NCBI GenBank assembly: GCA_964016885.1
Contig: OZ024748.1
Location: forward strand, 21,142,001-21,206,000
Source of the DNA: Eledone cirrhosa
Lineage: Eukaryota
Length of the DNA stretch: 64,000 nucleotides
Direction of reading: 5' to 3'
Shown here: positions 61,188 through 64,000 of the stretch, piece after piece
How positions within the stretch are numbered: position 1 is the stretch's first letter
How the letters are laid out: every line of letters begins with the position of its first letter
The notes under the pieces: model-generated
Told to the model about the DNA's origin: nothing
Database searches by the model: none
What the model saw: only the letters and a program-made list of their open reading frames with translations
Made by a program: the position numbers and the translations under genes

Positions 61188-61590
61188 AAGTAAGTCCTTC
61201 ATCAGTGACCCTCCAACTGTCCCAGGCATTTCATCGCTTTAAGGGCCATATACCTCAGGTTGGTGCGAACAACGGCTAAAAAAAGTCGTTGGGACACGTA
61301 AATAAAAGGGACGTTAGGGTAACAAACAAAATGGTTTAAGCAACGGATAGAGATCTGGGACTTGTCTATTTCTTCTCACTTTCCGTTGCTTAAACCATTT
61401 TGTTTGTTACCCTAACGTCCCCTTTATTTACGTGTCCCAACGACTTTTTTTTAGCCGTTGTTCGCACCAACCTGAGGTATATGGCCCTTTAAAGCGATGA
61501 AATGCCTGGGACGGTTGGAGGGTCACTGATGAAGGACTTACTTTTTCATATGCACCACCATTTGCAACGCGCAGCCATCATTATTATTAT
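61181..61590. mobile_element. Fold-back element with ~165-bp arms (61181-61346 / 61382-61550) and right tail; atypical hammerhead-like motif
   Basis: Near-perfect inverted repeat between (TA)n tracts; arm contains ccaac-CTGAGGT...GAAA...gttgg-agggtca-CTGATGA-agg. Confidence 0.85.
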
Positions 61591-61610
61591 ATATATATAT
61601 ATATATATAT

Positions 61611-61820
61611 CCTTCTATGTTGTTACTTGTCTCACTCGCTTTACGCGATTCACTTGTCCCATTAGCTTATTTTAGTTATTGCTCGCACCAACCTGAGGTA
61701 TCTGATTTTTAATGCGATGAAATACCAATGATGGTTGGCAAATCACTGATGAGGGACTAATTTTATAATATGTAACCCATGTGCAACCACACAGTATTCC
61801 CCTTTCTTCCCATGTTTTTC
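61611..61820 (+). mobile_element. Copy of the 7791 family
   Basis: Reverse complement of 7791-8000. Confidence 0.85.
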
Positions 61821-61839
61821 ATATATATATATATATATC

Positions 61840-62292
61840 ATATGGTGGACGAGGGTTAAAAGGGACAGAGGGCTAACACCTTTCTTTCCGGACAACAACT
61901 TATCCCCCCTTCTTTAAGTATCACTTCAGAAGGAATTTGAGAATGGAGATAGAGGTGCTACACCCCACTAAATTCGCTGAAAGGTGGGTCAATGTGGCGA
62001 AAATAGCCGAGTGAATGGGCCTTCTCTGTATATAAACTGTAGGTTGAGGAAGATAAACAGAGGGAAGACAGGAACACCTACAAAAACCGTGTTCCTGCTG
62101 TTGAGGGTTGTTCTATCCACGGGGTGTAAAACAACCCTGCAGTAACGTTCCCCCTTACTGGGATTTCAATTGTTATTTTATTATATATAGTTTATTGTTA
62201 TTTATTAATGTTAAAGCTATTTTTATGTAAAACCCCGCCGTCACGTCTTGTAATGTCCCATTTTTGTACGCCCCTGTGGCAAATAAAGAAAG

Positions 62293-62295
<3 letters not shown>
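61840..62295 (+). pseudogene. Tx1/L1-like LINE 3' end, degenerate
   Basis: KYHFRRNLRMEIEVL....FAERWVNVAK aligns with 43110-43200; similar 3' end cccatttt-gtac...aataaagaa. Confidence 0.6.
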
Positions 62296-62340
<45 letters not shown>

Positions 62341-62510
62341 CATTATCGGAGAAAGCTAATAGCGATACTCCGGCCAAATCCCAACTCACTCAACAAACAT
62401 TAGAAAATAAGTGAGTATATTCCTAATTAAACGTTCGGGGTGCTAACTAATTGTATTGTGTGGAAAATTGGCTGTACTATTCATATGAGATATATCAAAT
62501 ATATCTCTTC

Positions 62511-62635
62511 CCAGACGGACGTCTCGTTTCATTATAAGATTCCTACAAGTTAGGTGAAATTATACCAATTTATGTAGAAGCTTGTATAAGATCAACAGAT
62601 ACTTATTCAAGTGGGCTCTTATAATTCTTCAGTGG
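62511..62635 (-). ncRNA. Hammerhead ribozyme with branched helix II, inside repeat 62336-62920
   Basis: cca-CTGAAGA-attataaga[two hairpins]tcttataat-GAAA-cg[agacgtc]cg-TC-tgg. Confidence 0.8.
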
Positions 62636-62915
62636 CTGCCCAATAATATTAATATTGATAATCAAATCAACATCAATATTTAGCGATAATCACCATCAGT
62701 GCTTGAGGTAGCTGTCAGGTTGCTAGTCCAGCAGTTCTAAAGAAATTCTCATATTGTCTCAAAAAAAGAGGAAGGAGAATTACCGCCAAAAAACAATACA
62801 TGCGCAGGACAATGAATTCTAAAAGGAATTCAAGCCACGTGCTAGAACTCAATTGGAATTTGAAAAAATATCCATATGTGTACATCGTCTGATGACACAC
62901 AGATATTTTCTCGGG

Positions 62916-62945
<30 letters not shown>

Positions 62946-62946
<1 letters not shown>

Positions 62947-63352
62947 CGATATTAAATAAATGGAAACTATATTTATAAAACCATATCTATTTCATTATAT
63001 ATATTTCAGGGATATCATAATTAACAATATGTTATGCCTTCTTCAGACAAAATACAATATAGACAGTTTTATAGATAAATAGATTTGACATACCGTTCAA
63101 CATCGACTTGTATTGAAAAAGTTGCAAATCTATTTATCTATAAAACTGTCTATATTGTATTTTGTCTGAAGAAGACATAACAATTGTTAATATGATATCC
63201 CTGAAATATATATAATGAAATAGATATGGTTTTATAAATATAGTTTCCATTTATTTAATATCGTAAATATACTCCAAATACTTGTTGAGTGCTTTTATAT
63301 CAGTTATAAATATTTACTAGTTGTAACCCAACAATTTTAAATATAACTTTCC
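62946..63352. mobile_element. Family E fold-back mini-element, hammerheads at 62989-63053 (minus) and 63159-63221 (plus)
   Basis: Arms about 62946-63085 / 63126-63264; tail 63265-63352; (TA)n flanks. Confidence 0.9.
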
Positions 63353-63783
63353 ATATATATATATATATATATTTTATATTATATATATATACATATATAT
63401 ATATACATATATATATATATTTATACATATATATTTTATTACTTTAATATAATTTATATTATGTTTTAACATTTGCCTGTATTTCCTTATGTACTTTTTA
63501 TATATTTTTATGTATTTTTTATGTATTTATTATGTACTTTTTAATGCTTTCATACTTTTTGATTTTAAATTCTACATTTTTGAGTGCCATCTACTGTGTC
63601 TTCATATTATTGAATCCAATTGTACCTTGGTATTTTGAAGTGATTCTTAGTAACCCCAGCATGAACCTCTTTGTTAGCTATCTCCAATCTCGCTATTATT
63701 TTTCCTATTATTTTTTCTGTTTTTTCTGATTGTTCGTGTGTCTAAGTTATTGTGGAGCTTATGCTCAATACGGTATTTGTTGA

Positions 63784-63828
63784 GCTCTGATGATTCCTAC
63801 CTAAAGGTGGGGATGAAACATTGTTAGT
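63784..63828 (+). ncRNA. Minimal hammerhead ribozyme (family F)
   Basis: gct-CTGATGA-t-tcc-tacc[taaa]ggtg-g-gga-t-GAAA-cattg-TT-agt, then aataaa. Confidence 0.8.
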
Positions 63829-63871
63829 GAATAAAGACTGTTTGAGTATGTAAGCGTTCTTTGGTTTCTTT

Positions 63872-63899
<28 letters not shown>

Positions 63900-63906
<7 letters not shown>

Positions 63907-64000
63907 ATACTTTGGGAGGGTCATGTTGCCAATAAGAAACACACGCACCAGTTGCTTTCACTTCAATTATTATATATTTATAAATTCATAAATTTACAAA
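63900..64000 (-). mobile_element. 3' end and tail of the 45555 family, running off the window
   Basis: attgttatactttgggagggtcatgtt...aataagaaacacacgcaccagttgctttcacttcaatt matches 45560-45610 and 45785-45833. Confidence 0.85.

Overview
AT-rich, microsatellite-saturated eukaryotic non-coding DNA. The SINE and repeat content resembles octopus (coleoid cephalopod) genomes, which is an inference from remembered repeat sequences. No intact host gene can be supported; almost all ORFs in the track are translations of (TA)n, (CA)n, (GGT)n, (AAC)n or minisatellites. Real coding remnants are all retrotransposon fragments: two Penelope-like elements (RT C-terminal region and GIY-YIG region), two RTE LINE 3' ends, two Tx1/L1-like 3' ends and one R4/Dong-like restriction-like endonuclease fragment. 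There are also tRNA-derived and CORE-like SINEs and a non-autonomous Helitron. The main signal lies in the short unique islands between (TA)n tracts. By eye they hold more than 20 hammerhead-ribozyme motifs from roughly ten sequence families, mostly in fold-back (inverted-arm) mini-elements where one arm has an extra 3' tail. In unrelated families that tail begins with a conserved ACTC...GAGT hairpin. Several ribozymes have unusual features: a branched helix II, a U3-A8 core and family-specific palindromic helix III loops. All structures were folded by eye and coordinates are approximate to a few bases.
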